Source: Minisyncoccota bacterium
GTDB lineage: Bacteria; Patescibacteriota; Minisyncoccia; Phycocordibacterales; UBA9973
DNA: 64,000 nucleotides
Reading direction: 5' to 3'
Assembly (NCBI GenBank): GCA_021734995.1
Contig: JAIPHX010000002.1
Span: 16,189 to 80,188 of the forward strand
Position 1 is the first letter of the stretch, and each line of letters begins with the position of its first letter. A program made the position numbers and the translations under genes. Positions 10,152 through 20,176 of this stretch are shown here, piece by piece. The notes beneath the pieces are model-generated. The model saw only the letters and a list, made by a program, of their open reading frames with translations. It did not search any database and had not been told where the DNA came from.

Positions 10152-11255
10152 CTATTTAAAAATGATTACCACAATCTCAGAATGAGTCCCAATTCTCATT
10201 GGTGGACCCCATGTCCCTACCCCATCAGTCACAAGCAACTGCATTGATTTAAAATATTTCAAACCATAATCATACCCTTTGTAGACATAATTACTAATTA
10301 AAGTTAGAGGAAAAACTTGTGCTCTGTGTGTATGCCCAGACAACTGCAAATCCACTCCCTGACTTTCTGCCTCACTCAAATTCAAAGGAACATGCTTTAT
10401 CAAAATAAAAGGTTTTTCTTTTTGAACATTTTGGAAAAGATCTTTTAATATTTTTCTAAAATTATCAGTCTTCTGAGTAGTTTCATAATCTGCCCCAGCA
10501 ATATACACTCCATCTACTTCTACTACTTCGTTATCCAACATTTTAATGCCTGCTTTTTTTACAGCTTCTTTGTACTCTTGAAATGCTCCATAACTTTCAT
10601 GATTACCAGATACTGCATAATATCCCAAGGGTGGTTTTAGTTGAGTTAGGGGTTCAATCAAAGAAAAAGCTTCTCCTTTTACTCCATCATACAAATCACC
10701 CGAATCAAAAATAATGTCAGGATTTAATTCCAATATTTTTTTCGCAGTTTTTTCAGCAAATTTATTTCCATGAATCTGACCTAAGTGTATATCTGAAACA
10801 AAAACAGCCCTTCTACCTTCCCATGACTCTGGTAAATTAGGCAAAACCACTTCCCTTTCTGTGACCTTTATAACATGAGCATTATAAAATCCATAAGCAC
10901 TTATCAAAATCGCTAAAGCAAACAAAATTTTCCCTATCAATTGGACAGAAATATTTAAAGAAATTAAACTAGCTCCAAAAAGAAAAAGTCCATAAAAAAC
11001 ACTAGCTATGAAAAAATAGAACATTAATCCTGCCCACACTGCTGAAAGCGTGTAAAAAATATTAGTAAACCAATTGTCATAGTTTTTTACTAAAAAAGAT
11101 GCAATGGGGAAAAATAATGACATTAACCCAAAAAATGTCCTCACAAAAGATAAATGGGTAGCATAAAAATCTGGAAAAATCGCAATGAAAGTTTTAAAAA
11201 CCGTAAAATGAACCAAGAAAATAACGGTCAAGGCACTCATGAAAAAATAAATCAT
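10152..11255 (-). CDS. Membrane-anchored metallophosphoesterase (calcineurin-like)
   Basis: N-terminal TM helices. Shows GDLYDG, SGNHE and GHTHRAQ motifs. Confidence 0.75.
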   Translation of the reverse strand: MIYFFMSALTVIFLVHFTVFKTFIAIFPDFYATHLSFVRTFFGLMSLFFPIASFLVKNYDNWFTNIFYTLSAVWAGLMFYFFIASVFYGLFLFGASLISLNISVQLIGKILFALAILISAYGFYNAHVIKVTEREVVLPNLPESWEGRRAVFVSDIHLGQIHGNKFAEKTAKKILELNPDIIFDSGDLYDGVKGEAFSLIEPLTQLKPPLGYYAVSGNHESYGAFQEYKEAVKKAGIKMLDNEVVEVDGVYIAGADYETTQKTDNFRKILKDLFQNVQKEKPFILIKHVPLNLSEAESQGVDLQLSGHTHRAQVFPLTLISNYVYKGYDYGLKYFKSMQLLVTDGVGTWGPPMRIGTHSEIVVIIFK

Positions 11256-11328
11256 TGGTATATACTAGCATTTCTTTTAAAAATATCAAAAAATAATCTT
11301 TTTTTTAAAATGATATAATATAAAACAT

Positions 11329-13497
11329 ATGAATTTGCAGGATTTACTCACACAGCATTTTCGTCTTGATGAAAATCACAAAAAAGCCCTAAGAAAACTA
11401 GGATTAAAAGACATCCAAGACCTGCTTTTCTATTTCCCTATTAGGTATTCTCATGTAAGTGAAATAAAACCGATCAATGAACTCACTGAAGGTGAACAAG
11501 CTACAATATATGGTAAGTTTCAAAAATTAGATATAAAAAAATCATATCTTAATAAAAAAATACGTGCTGAGGGTGAAGTATTGGATGAAACAGGGAAAAT
11601 AAAAGTAATATGGTTCAATCAAGCGTATATTGCAAAAATGGTACATGAAGGACAATTTGTAGAGCTTACAGGACGAGTAACCAAAAGCAAAAATGGTATT
11701 TACCTAGCCAATCCAGAGTTTAAAAAAATGAGTACTATGCCTATTGATGTTCACAACTCTCTCTTTAGCACAGAAAACAAAAATAAAATATTTGGCTTTC
11801 CTATATATGCAGAGACTCGTGGTATATCTTCTAAATGGTTTTATCATGCTATTTTAAAAATATTAAAAGAAAAAAATATTCAAAATATTGAAGACTATTT
11901 ACCAGAAGAAATTTTAAAAAAATACCATCTTCCCTCTTTAAAATCTGCTCTAGTCTGGATTCACGCTCCTCAAAACGACAATGATGCTGAGAGCGCTCGC
12001 AAAAGATTTGCCTTTGAAGAAGTCTTTTTTATCCAACTGAAGCTTCAAAAAGACAGAAAAGAATATCGTCAAAACCAATCCTTCAAAATTGAAATAGAGA
12101 AAAAAGATGTAGAACGATTTACAGAGCGTTTCCCTTTCTCTTTTACTGATGCTCAAAACAAATCTATTGATACTATCTTAAAAGATATTCAGAGAAACGT
12201 CCCGATGTCTAGACTTCTTGAGGGAGATGTCGGATCAGGAAAAACAGCAGTAGCTTCTACTGTCTCTTATGCAATCATTACCCAGAAAAAAGCGGATCTC
12301 CCTGCGAATCTTCAGGTAGCATACATGGCTCCTACTGAAATTCTAGCTACTCAACACTTTGAATCTTTCATTAAATATTTCAATCACCTTCCCATCAACA
12401 TTGGACTAATTACCGGATCTGGGTGTAGAAAATTTCCCTCAAAAGTAAATCCTTCTGGCTGGACAGATATCTCAAAAAAACAACTTTTAAAATGGACTGA
12501 GGAAGGATCTATCTCTATCGTCATAGGCACTCATGCCTTGATTCAAAAAACTGTAAAATTTAAAAATTTAGCTCTTGCTATCATAGATGAACAACATCGT
12601 TTCGGCACAGAACAACGTAAAAAATTAATACAGAGAGATTCTAAAGGAAAATGGATTGCTCCACACCTATTATCAATGACAGCTACTCCAATCCCCCGCA
12701 CTCTTGCTCTTACTATTTACGGAGATTTAGATTTATCTATCTTAGATCAAATGCCTTCCGATAGAAAACAAATTATCACTGAAATAATTACTCCAGAAAA
12801 AAGAGAGGAAGTGTATGAAAAAATCAGAACTGAAATGCAGAAAGGAAGACAGCTTTATGTTATTTGTCCAAGAATTTTTGAACCAGACCCTCAAAAAGAA
12901 TTAGCCTTGCAAGCCAAGTCCGCAGTAGCTGAAGCAAAAAGACTAAAAAAAGAAATCTTCCCTGAATATGAGATAGATGTATTGCATAGCAAAATGAGTA
13001 AACAAAAAAAAGAAGAGGCGATGCAGAAATTTTCTAATGGCGACACACATATACTATGTGCCACTTCAGTAGTAGAAGTAGGAGTGAATGTCCCCAACGC
13101 TACTATCATCATCATAGAAGGAGCTGAAAGATTTGGTCTAGCTCAATTGCACCAACTTCGTGGACGAGTGATCCGAAGCTCTCATCAAGCATATTGTTAT
13201 GTGTTTGCTGAAGCAAAATCTCAAAAAACTTTGGATAGACTACGGGCTTTAAAAACAGCAAAAAATGGGTTTGAATTAGCCGAGCTTGATCTTACTTTGC
13301 GTGGGTCAGGAGAATTACTTGGCGGTAAGCAATGGGGTATCAATGATCTTGGAATGGAAGCAATCAGAAATATAAAAATGGTAGAAGCAGCTAGAACGGA
13401 AGCAAAAAATCTAATAGAAAAAGACACCGAGCTAAATGAATACCCTATTCTTCAAGCAAAATCAAAAAACAAAACAGAGAGGCTTCATTTTGAATAA
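11329..13497 (+). CDS. recG: ATP-dependent DNA helicase RecG
   Basis: Wedge domain, GDVGSGKT Walker A, DEQHRFG motif II and a C-terminal helicase domain. Confidence 0.9.
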   Translation: MNLQDLLTQHFRLDENHKKALRKLGLKDIQDLLFYFPIRYSHVSEIKPINELTEGEQATIYGKFQKLDIKKSYLNKKIRAEGEVLDETGKIKVIWFNQAYIAKMVHEGQFVELTGRVTKSKNGIYLANPEFKKMSTMPIDVHNSLFSTENKNKIFGFPIYAETRGISSKWFYHAILKILKEKNIQNIEDYLPEEILKKYHLPSLKSALVWIHAPQNDNDAESARKRFAFEEVFFIQLKLQKDRKEYRQNQSFKIEIEKKDVERFTERFPFSFTDAQNKSIDTILKDIQRNVPMSRLLEGDVGSGKTAVASTVSYAIITQKKADLPANLQVAYMAPTEILATQHFESFIKYFNHLPINIGLITGSGCRKFPSKVNPSGWTDISKKQLLKWTEEGSISIVIGTHALIQKTVKFKNLALAIIDEQHRFGTEQRKKLIQRDSKGKWIAPHLLSMTATPIPRTLALTIYGDLDLSILDQMPSDRKQIITEIITPEKREEVYEKIRTEMQKGRQLYVICPRIFEPDPQKELALQAKSAVAEAKRLKKEIFPEYEIDVLHSKMSKQKKEEAMQKFSNGDTHILCATSVVEVGVNVPNATIIIIEGAERFGLAQLHQLRGRVIRSSHQAYCYVFAEAKSQKTLDRLRALKTAKNGFELAELDLTLRGSGELLGGKQWGINDLGMEAIRNIKMVEAARTEAKNLIEKDTELNEYPILQAKSKNKTERLHFE

Positions 13498-13557
13498 CCT
13501 AAAAAGTTAGATAAAATCTAAAACTGCCACAAAATCACAACCCCCTAAAACATTGTG

Positions 13558-13630
13558 TCCGCCCTCTTGGGTTCGAACCAAGGACACTTCGAGTATAAGT
13601 CGAATGCTCTACCAACTGAGCTAAGGGCGG
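13558..13630 (-). tRNA. tRNA with anticodon UAU (tRNA-Ile2-like)
   Basis: 73-nt cloverleaf. Acceptor is CCGCCCT/AGGGCGG, D-arm GCUC-AGUUGGUA-GAGC, anticodon stem UUCGA/UCGAA with loop CUUAUAC, and T-arm CUUGG-UUCGAAC-CCAAG. Body is Ile-like. Confidence 0.7.
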
Positions 13631-14297
13631 AAATGATGTTCATTAACATCCTCAAAATACTTTAAACAGGCCAATATGTATTCCCATAATGGTTTGTTTC
13701 CTATTATAACACTACAAGTCCCTTTTCCAAAACCTGTTTTATATTTAACTGAAACGATTTTTGTTTTCTTTATGTATGGTTTATAAAACTGGCTTAATGG
13801 AATTTTAAGCTCTTTTCCCCAAAAATCAAGTGTCTTTGTTATATCCATATCTGAGTAAAGATGTACTTTCACTTTTAAATCTTTCTTTTTTATATTAAAC
13901 AAAGAAAGCCATTTAATAAAGAATTTTAACATTGCTGGATTTGTGTTTGTAAGAGTAACCATTGAATCTTGTTTTTTAGTTCCCTCTCCCCAATACAAAA
14001 ACAATCCTGCCAAAAATAAATCTCTTTTAGAAAAAAATCCAACATCTTTGGAAGCCTTTTCATATATCTCCAAAAATCTTTTTTCTTTTCTTTTATTAAG
14101 AGTCTTTTTATAATTTTCAATTCTTTTCCTTTTAGATTCCAATAACCCTATAGGTGATAAAGAATAATCTTGGAGCCAATAACTCAAAGTACTTTTACTA
14201 ATTTTTAGTTTTGCTTTTATTTGGCTGTATGTGTATCCAGAATTTCTCAGCTCTATCGCTCTTTTTTTATTTTTTCTTTTTTCAACTTTTTATAACT
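13621..14297 (-). CDS. HTH-containing protein with LAGLIDADG-like motif (possible degenerate homing endonuclease/transposase remnant)
   Basis: The open frame begins just after the ftsH stop. The upstream in-frame extension encodes an HTH (LRNSGYTYSQIKAKLKISKSTLSYW) but has no ATG; the first TTG is at 14187. Downstream there is an FLAGLFLYWGEG motif. The stop codon overlaps the tRNA 5' end. Confidence 0.3.
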
Positions 14298-14310
14298 TTA
14301 TTTAAAAACA

Positions 14311-17300
14311 TTATCCTGCAATATCCACAGCAGGTAAATCTTTTTTCTTTAATTCTATACCATGAGCAACTAAAATCTTTTCATATTCTTCTTGTTCAAG
14401 AGTCTCTACTTCTATGAGTTTTTTAGCAATAGCATCTAAGGTCTTACGATTTTCAGTGAGAACTTTCTCAGCAGATTTTAATCCCCCATCTACTATTTTT
14501 GATATTTCATCATCCACCTTTGCTGAAACAGCTTCAGAATATTCTTTATCTCTGGAACCCTCCCAAGCAGAACCACCTCCAGATCCCACAAGCGCAATTG
14601 GACCTATTGCATCAGACATCCCAAATCTTGTAACCATTGCTCTAGCTACATTGTTGACCATTTGCAAATCACTAGAAGGACCAGTGGTAACATCTCCAAA
14701 CACCATTTTTTCTGCTACATATCCACCTAAAGACATCGCAATATCATCAAGAAACTCTCTTTTAGACTGAAGTCTTCTGTCTTCAAGAGGAAGTTTTAAG
14801 GTATATCCTCCTGCCCTACCACGAGCAATAATAGATACTTTGTGTACTGGGTCAGAAAAAGGCAATACTGATGCTACTAGCGCATGCCCTGCTTCATGAT
14901 ATGCAGTAATTTCTTTTTCTTTTTTTGAAAGAAGATGACTTTTTCTTTCTGGCCCAAGCATTACCTTTTCTATCGCTCGGATCAAATCAAACTGAAATAC
15001 TTTTTTACGATTTTCTCTTGCAGCCAAAATAGCTCCTTCGTTCATCAATGAATATAAGTCTGCTCCAGAAAATCCAGGAGTTCGCTCTGCGATAACTTTT
15101 AAATTTATATCTTCAGCTAAAGGTTTACTGTTTGAATGAATCTTTAAAATCTCCTCCCTGTCTGCTCTATCAGGTAGATCAAGAATAACTTTTCTATCAA
15201 ATCTTCCTGGACGAACTAAAGCAGGATCTAGTACATCGGGTCTGTTGGTCGCTGCCATTACTATGATCTTTTCATTTGGTTCAAATCCATCCATCTCTAC
15301 CAAGATTTGATTGAGTGTCTGCTCTCTCTCGTCATTTCCTCCACCAAAACCACCACCACGAGTGCGTCCAATAGCATCTATTTCATCTACGAATATAATA
15401 GCGGGAGCAGATTTTTTTGCCATTTTAAATAAATCTCTTACTCTAGATGCCCCAACCCCCACAAACATTTCTACGAATTCAGATCCAGACAAATGAAAGA
15501 ACGGGACACTCGCCTCACCCGCCACTGCGCGTGCAAGCATTGTATTGTGTGAAATAAGTCCATTTGAAATAAAAGAATGTGTTTTAGGAACAGTAAAATC
15601 ATAAACCCTTGCTTTATTATTGGTAATCTCTTTTACAGGTGAAAAAAATAATTTAGCTTCTAAAATTGAATTTAGATACTCTGTATTTTCATTATGAAAT
15701 CCCATCTTTTTACATCTGTCTAAAAACAATTCCAAAGAATTTCTACTGATCGTTTTTCTTGTCTTTACTTTATGAATTAACTTTGAACACCACTCATTGC
15801 TTAATTTTCTATCACTTAACTCTTTCCATGTGTCATGCACAATATGATGTATGTCATAAAATAAATCTATGTTTGTGTTTCTTTTAGTATGTAAAGACAA
15901 ATATTTATTCATTTCTTTTTGTTTTCTAGACAAACGAAATCCTACATTTTTAGAAAACTTTTCAAGCTCTACCCCAGAAACAGTAATCTCATATACATCT
16001 TTTAAATGACTATCATCTTTATGACGTTTGATTCTTCTTTTTGGTACAATACCCATATTCAAAAGTATTGCAAATACCTGATCAGATAATTTTTTACTTA
16101 CAGTTGAGTAGCCAAAAGAATATCGATGGAAATATCCATCTGAGTCAAATAATCCTTGCAAAAATGCAATTAAAACATGTTTTGGAGCTTGCAAAACAGA
16201 AGATGGAATAGCTTTATCATATGAGAGCAAGTAACTCATTCCCATCTCATATAAATCTTTTTTCATCTTCCAAGATGTCACTAAATGAGTAATACCGTCT
16301 CCTGCTAATCCTATATTAGTATCAGGATAATTTTCTGATACATAACTTTTAAAAGAACCTACTAACTCTTCATCTACAGAGGTAAAACCAATTCTACTAG
16401 CATGGCTTAAATTTCCATCACCTGTTAGGAGTCCCATAATATAAGCTTGGTCCGAAGAAACTTCTCTTGAAACACCATATACTTCTGTCCCAAATTTAAT
16501 AGCCACGTTGTCTCCTTCTTTTATTTCTTCTAATTTTTTAAACACGAGATCCCCTTTACTATCCATTACAATTACTGGATGTTCTGGTGTTCCCTCTAAA
16601 TCAACTCCTTGTTTTAAAGTAATCTTAAAAGTATTTTGTTCGCCCAAATCATACCAGTGAGAAGCCTCTTGGTCTGTTGTACGAGAACGAGTAACATCAA
16701 AAGTGGGCAATATTGCTCCTTTTACTGTGTGATCTTTTGGATTAACCCAAAAATATTTTGGGATATCTTTAATTTCAACCAACCCTTTATTTGTTAAAAC
16801 CAAAGAATCCCCTGTAATACATTTCCCTGTTCCGGGAGCCCCTGTAAGAATTACTCCTTTTGGGATTCTTGCTCCTATCTCAAGAAATTTTTTAGGACTT
16901 TTTAGAAAATCTACTATTTCTTTTAATTCTTCTTTTGCTTCTTTGCAACCCGCTACGTCTTTGAAAGTTACTTTGTTGTTTTTGTCATTAGGATCAGTAA
17001 TGCGAGCTTTGGATTGACCAAAAGTAAAAGCTTGCATCCCTGCGCCTTTTACTTGTCTTGATAAATACCAGAAAATAAAAATAATAAAAATAATCGGTAG
17101 TAAAAATGGTAAAATATTTAAAAGCCAAAATCCTAGACCGCTCTGATCTTTAATCTCAAGAGTAGTCCCTGCTAAAGCTTCTGCGCTTACGCCATAATTT
17201 GCTAAAGTCTCAGACAAAGATGACTCTACTTCTTTTTTTGCTTTCTTTACCTCTTCATTCTTGTAAGTCACAGTAATATCTCCTCCTGAAACTACAATCT

Positions 17301-17508
17301 TCTGCACTTCTCCTGCTGTAATAGCCTTTGCTAAGTCTGAAACAGGTATCTCTTCACTTTTCTTTGAAGAATTAGCGACAAAGAGATACAAAGCAGTAAT
17401 AATCATCAAAATTAAAATAACAGAGGCCATACTGCCAGATAATCCTGGGCCTGCATTTTTTTTTCCACCCTTCTTCCCCCCTTTTTTATTTAAAATATTA
17501 AAATCCAT
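14311..17508 (-). CDS. ftsH: ATP-dependent zinc metalloprotease FtsH, interrupted by an intein (precursor)
   Basis: Two N-terminal TM helices, AAA module (Walker A GAPGTGK|T split by the intein, Walker B IIFVDEID), HEAGH zinc motif and an FtsH C-terminus. The likely start is MDFNILNKK at 17508. The mature protein is about 639 aa. Confidence 0.9.
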   Translation of the reverse strand: MDFNILNKKGGKKGGKKNAGPGLSGSMASVILILMIITALYLFVANSSKKSEEIPVSDLAKAITAGEVQKIVVSGGDITVTYKNEEVKKAKKEVESSLSETLANYGVSAEALAGTTLEIKDQSGLGFWLLNILPFLLPIIFIIFIFWYLSRQVKGAGMQAFTFGQSKARITDPNDKNNKVTFKDVAGCKEAKEELKEIVDFLKSPKKFLEIGARIPKGVILTGAPGTGKCITGDSLVLTNKGLVEIKDIPKYFWVNPKDHTVKGAILPTFDVTRSRTTDQEASHWYDLGEQNTFKITLKQGVDLEGTPEHPVIVMDSKGDLVFKKLEEIKEGDNVAIKFGTEVYGVSREVSSDQAYIMGLLTGDGNLSHASRIGFTSVDEELVGSFKSYVSENYPDTNIGLAGDGITHLVTSWKMKKDLYEMGMSYLLSYDKAIPSSVLQAPKHVLIAFLQGLFDSDGYFHRYSFGYSTVSKKLSDQVFAILLNMGIVPKRRIKRHKDDSHLKDVYEITVSGVELEKFSKNVGFRLSRKQKEMNKYLSLHTKRNTNIDLFYDIHHIVHDTWKELSDRKLSNEWCSKLIHKVKTRKTISRNSLELFLDRCKKMGFHNENTEYLNSILEAKLFFSPVKEITNNKARVYDFTVPKTHSFISNGLISHNTMLARAVAGEASVPFFHLSGSEFVEMFVGVGASRVRDLFKMAKKSAPAIIFVDEIDAIGRTRGGGFGGGNDEREQTLNQILVEMDGFEPNEKIIVMAATNRPDVLDPALVRPGRFDRKVILDLPDRADREEILKIHSNSKPLAEDINLKVIAERTPGFSGADLYSLMNEGAILAARENRKKVFQFDLIRAIEKVMLGPERKSHLLSKKEKEITAYHEAGHALVASVLPFSDPVHKVSIIARGRAGGYTLKLPLEDRRLQSKREFLDDIAMSLGGYVAEKMVFGDVTTGPSSDLQMVNNVARAMVTRFGMSDAIGPIALVGSGGGSAWEGSRDKEYSEAVSAKVDDEISKIVDGGLKSAEKVLTENRKTLDAIAKKLIEVETLEQEEYEKILVAHGIELKKKDLPAVDIAG
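15544..16821 (-). mobile_element. FtsH intein (426 aa, with LAGLIDADG homing-endonuclease domain)
   Basis: Begins with Cys directly after GTGK and ends ...SHN, followed by Thr, the P-loop Thr. Internal LLTGDGN and [12 protein letters not shown] dodecapeptide motifs are present. Confidence 0.8.
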
Positions 17509-17570
17509 AGTTGCATTGTAGCATGAAAATTTATTAAAAGAAATTATAAAAATTATGCTAGAATAGCTAT

Positions 17571-18017
17571 ATGCCCAACTACGCAGAAAATAAAAAAGCA
17601 AGATTTGAATACGAGATTTTGGAAAAATATGAAGCTGGCATAGAGCTTACAGGAATGGAAACAAAATCCGTCCGACAAGGAAAAGCCTCTTTTGAGGGTG
17701 CTTTTGTAATTGTGCGTGGAGGAGAAGCTTTTTTAATAAATGCAAACATCACTCCTTTCCAACCCAAAAATGCTCCTGAAAATTATGATCCACTTAGAAA
17801 CAGAAAACTATTACTGACAAAAAAAGAAATCAGAGAGTTAGCTGAATCTGAGGCAAATAAAAGTTTGACAATAGTGCCTTTAACGATGTATAATAAAGGG
17901 AGAAAGATAAAGATCCAAATAGCATTGGTAAAAGGTAAGAAAAAATTTGATAAGAGAGAAACAATCAAAAAACGAGAAACCGATCGTATAATCAGAAGAA
18001 CTTTGAAAGATTACTAA
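17571..18017 (+). CDS. smpB: SsrA-binding protein SmpB
   Basis: 148-aa protein with RFEYEILEKYEAGIELTGMETKS. The start overlaps the ftsH promoter region. Confidence 0.85.
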   Translation: MPNYAENKKARFEYEILEKYEAGIELTGMETKSVRQGKASFEGAFVIVRGGEAFLINANITPFQPKNAPENYDPLRNRKLLLTKKEIRELAESEANKSLTIVPLTMYNKGRKIKIQIALVKGKKKFDKRETIKKRETDRIIRRTLKDY

Positions 18018-18041
18018 CGCACTTCGCGTCAGTATATATAT

Positions 18042-18437
18042 GGGGATGATAGGCATAGACAAGAGTCTTGTTTATCTGAATGCATGTCGAGAATGAACGT
18101 AATCTCGCTAAACTTCGTTCAAAACGTTAATTGCAAAATTGACTTCAAAAGTAAAGGCAATCACTTCTCCATACTTCGGTATGCAGGATTTTGCTTTTGC
18201 TCCAGCACGCGCTTAAGTGGGCTGGTGTCTTTCTCGTAGACTTCCGATATACGAAGAGAGGCATAATATTATCGGGATAGGAAAAGAAACTTCCCACTCT
18301 TCTTCCAAAACTTAGGGAATCGTTTGAAAAATATTTTGCTTACTTTATAATTTTTCAAACTAAACATAAGGTAAGACACACATGTAGAAATTCAAATATC
18401 AACCTTTTGCACGGGGATTCAATTTCCCCCATCTCCA
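18042..18437 (+). ncRNA. ssrA: tmRNA (ssrA)
   Basis: Lies immediately downstream of smpB. The 5' GGGGAUG pairs with the 3' CAUCUCC to form the acceptor stem. The T-arm is GGGGA-UUCAAUU-UCCCC, with discriminator A. A candidate internal tag ORF ends at TAA (18214-18216). Confidence 0.7.
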
Positions 18438-19962
18438 CATCAAGGGTATGACCAGCCTCAATTCGGTCAAATAGCTTATAAAGACAGGACTTTTCAGGGG
18501 TTCGATAACCCATTTCATGTACAAAGACAATTTTGTCATCAAACATGAAAGAGAAAAGCTCCTGTTTTTGCTTTACGGTCCCTTTTTCCCATATTTTATA
18601 AGGGCTTTTTATCATGCCCGTTATCTGATCATACGAAGTTCGATAAGGAATAACGTAGTCAATTTCTTTACCTAGTTTTTCCTCTATTTTCTCTAACTCA
18701 ATAGATTTTTCTTCAATTCTTTTCTGATAGCTTCTTTTCACTATCAGATTTTCTATTCCAATCGACTCATCTGCCAAACCGCCGATCTCCTCTTCAAGTT
18801 TACTTTTCTGTTTAATTAACAATTCCGATTGTTTACCAATTCCTTTTATTTCGTCATTCCATAAATCTTCAAACATCATCCCAACAATACCCACTAAGTC
18901 TGATTTAGGTTTATTATCTTTTACAAGTTTCTTAAATCCATCATCAATGTCCTTTTGCTTCACAGTCTTACTTCTCAATGCACACGATCGATACTGACAT
19001 GAATAATACGGGTGACGCTTACCAGTTTTACTTCTAGAATAATAAGCAGTCATCTTTCTGCCACATTCTGAACAGCAAACTAATCCTCTTAATGGAAACT
19101 CTTCTCGGATATCTTGCCTGATTACCGCATCTCTAGCTTCGCCATTAATTCTTTTCACATTTGCAAAATAAACCTCTTCAGAAATTACACCTTCGTGTTT
19201 GCCTTTCTGTCTTCTTACATCCCACTTCTCATATTCAATAAAACCAGCATAAAAAGGATCAAGAAGAAGTTTCTTTGTTGTCTCTAAGTATTTCTCAGCG
19301 TGACATTTTTTAGAAAAGAAACCTTTCTCCTGGAGAAATCTAGCAAGATCGATAATCCTTACAAACCGCTTATAGGCAAAACCTTCTAAGCCTTCCTTTA
19401 AGATTAATCCTGCACTATTTGGAAAACATGTGTTTCCATATTCAGTTCTACGCATCTCATAACCTTTAGGGGCATGGAAAGCCCAATAACCCCTCTCTAG
19501 ACGAGCCTTTTGCTTTTGAATAACTTGTCTCTTGTTCTGGTTCCTTTCAAGCTCTGCTCCTGCGGCAAGTATCACTTCTACATACTGACCTTCAGGACTT
19601 TCATCAAAGCTGAAATTCAAACACTCAGGCACAATCCCTCGTGTTCTAAATGCCGTTCTAAGTTTTAAGTGGAACTCGACATCTCGAGCAAAACGTTTAA
19701 GATTGTCAAAAACAACAACGAAATTATGATGAGGTTTTGAGTCTACGTATTCAAGAAGAGATCGCATTGCTGGTCGTGCCATAAAGTCTCCTCCACCTGT
19801 AAAGCTATCTTTAAAGACCTTTGTAGGCTCGCCATACCCCCTATTAACACAATAAGTGCGACATCTCTGTTCCTGAGACTCTAAACCACCACCTTCACGC
19901 ATTTGGCGCTCTGATGAGACACGGCAATATATGATTGGTATTCGTTTAATTTCTTCTTTCAT
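18355..19962 (-). CDS. Large serine recombinase (integrase)
   Basis: N-terminal resolvase catalytic domain (YCRVSSERQ), a recombinase domain and a Zn-ribbon (CSECGRKM...YYSCQ) with a coiled-coil C-terminal region. The last ~27 codons overlap the tmRNA 3' portion. Confidence 0.85.
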   Translation of the reverse strand: MKEEIKRIPIIYCRVSSERQMREGGGLESQEQRCRTYCVNRGYGEPTKVFKDSFTGGGDFMARPAMRSLLEYVDSKPHHNFVVVFDNLKRFARDVEFHLKLRTAFRTRGIVPECLNFSFDESPEGQYVEVILAAGAELERNQNKRQVIQKQKARLERGYWAFHAPKGYEMRRTEYGNTCFPNSAGLILKEGLEGFAYKRFVRIIDLARFLQEKGFFSKKCHAEKYLETTKKLLLDPFYAGFIEYEKWDVRRQKGKHEGVISEEVYFANVKRINGEARDAVIRQDIREEFPLRGLVCCSECGRKMTAYYSRSKTGKRHPYYSCQYRSCALRSKTVKQKDIDDGFKKLVKDNKPKSDLVGIVGMMFEDLWNDEIKGIGKQSELLIKQKSKLEEEIGGLADESIGIENLIVKRSYQKRIEEKSIELEKIEEKLGKEIDYVIPYRTSYDQITGMIKSPYKIWEKGTVKQKQELFSFMFDDKIVFVHEMGYRTPEKSCLYKLFDRIEAGHTLDVEMGEIESPCKRLIFEFLHVCLTLCLV

Positions 19963-20058
19963 AATCCTCGATTTCTTCTTTTATTACCTTCTGTATCAGA
20001 GCTTCCAGATAACTCACAGTTTTCACTGCTTCCTCTCGAGTTAGATGAAGTTTCTTCA
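19945..20058 (-). CDS. Small ORF (37 aa) overlapping the recombinase start
   Basis: Encodes MKKLHLTREEAVKTVSYLEALIQKVIKEEIEDYERRN. Its stop overlaps the first codons of the recombinase. The role is unknown; a directionality or regulatory factor is possible. Confidence 0.2.
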
Positions 20059-20176
20059 TGCATAACTCAATATATTTTTCTTTTACCACAAGCCATTTGC
20101 TGTGGTTTAGCTCTAGTGCATCTAGCGACCTTACCTTATTTCTTATTTAAAACGTCTGAGGCATTCAGTACGTTGG

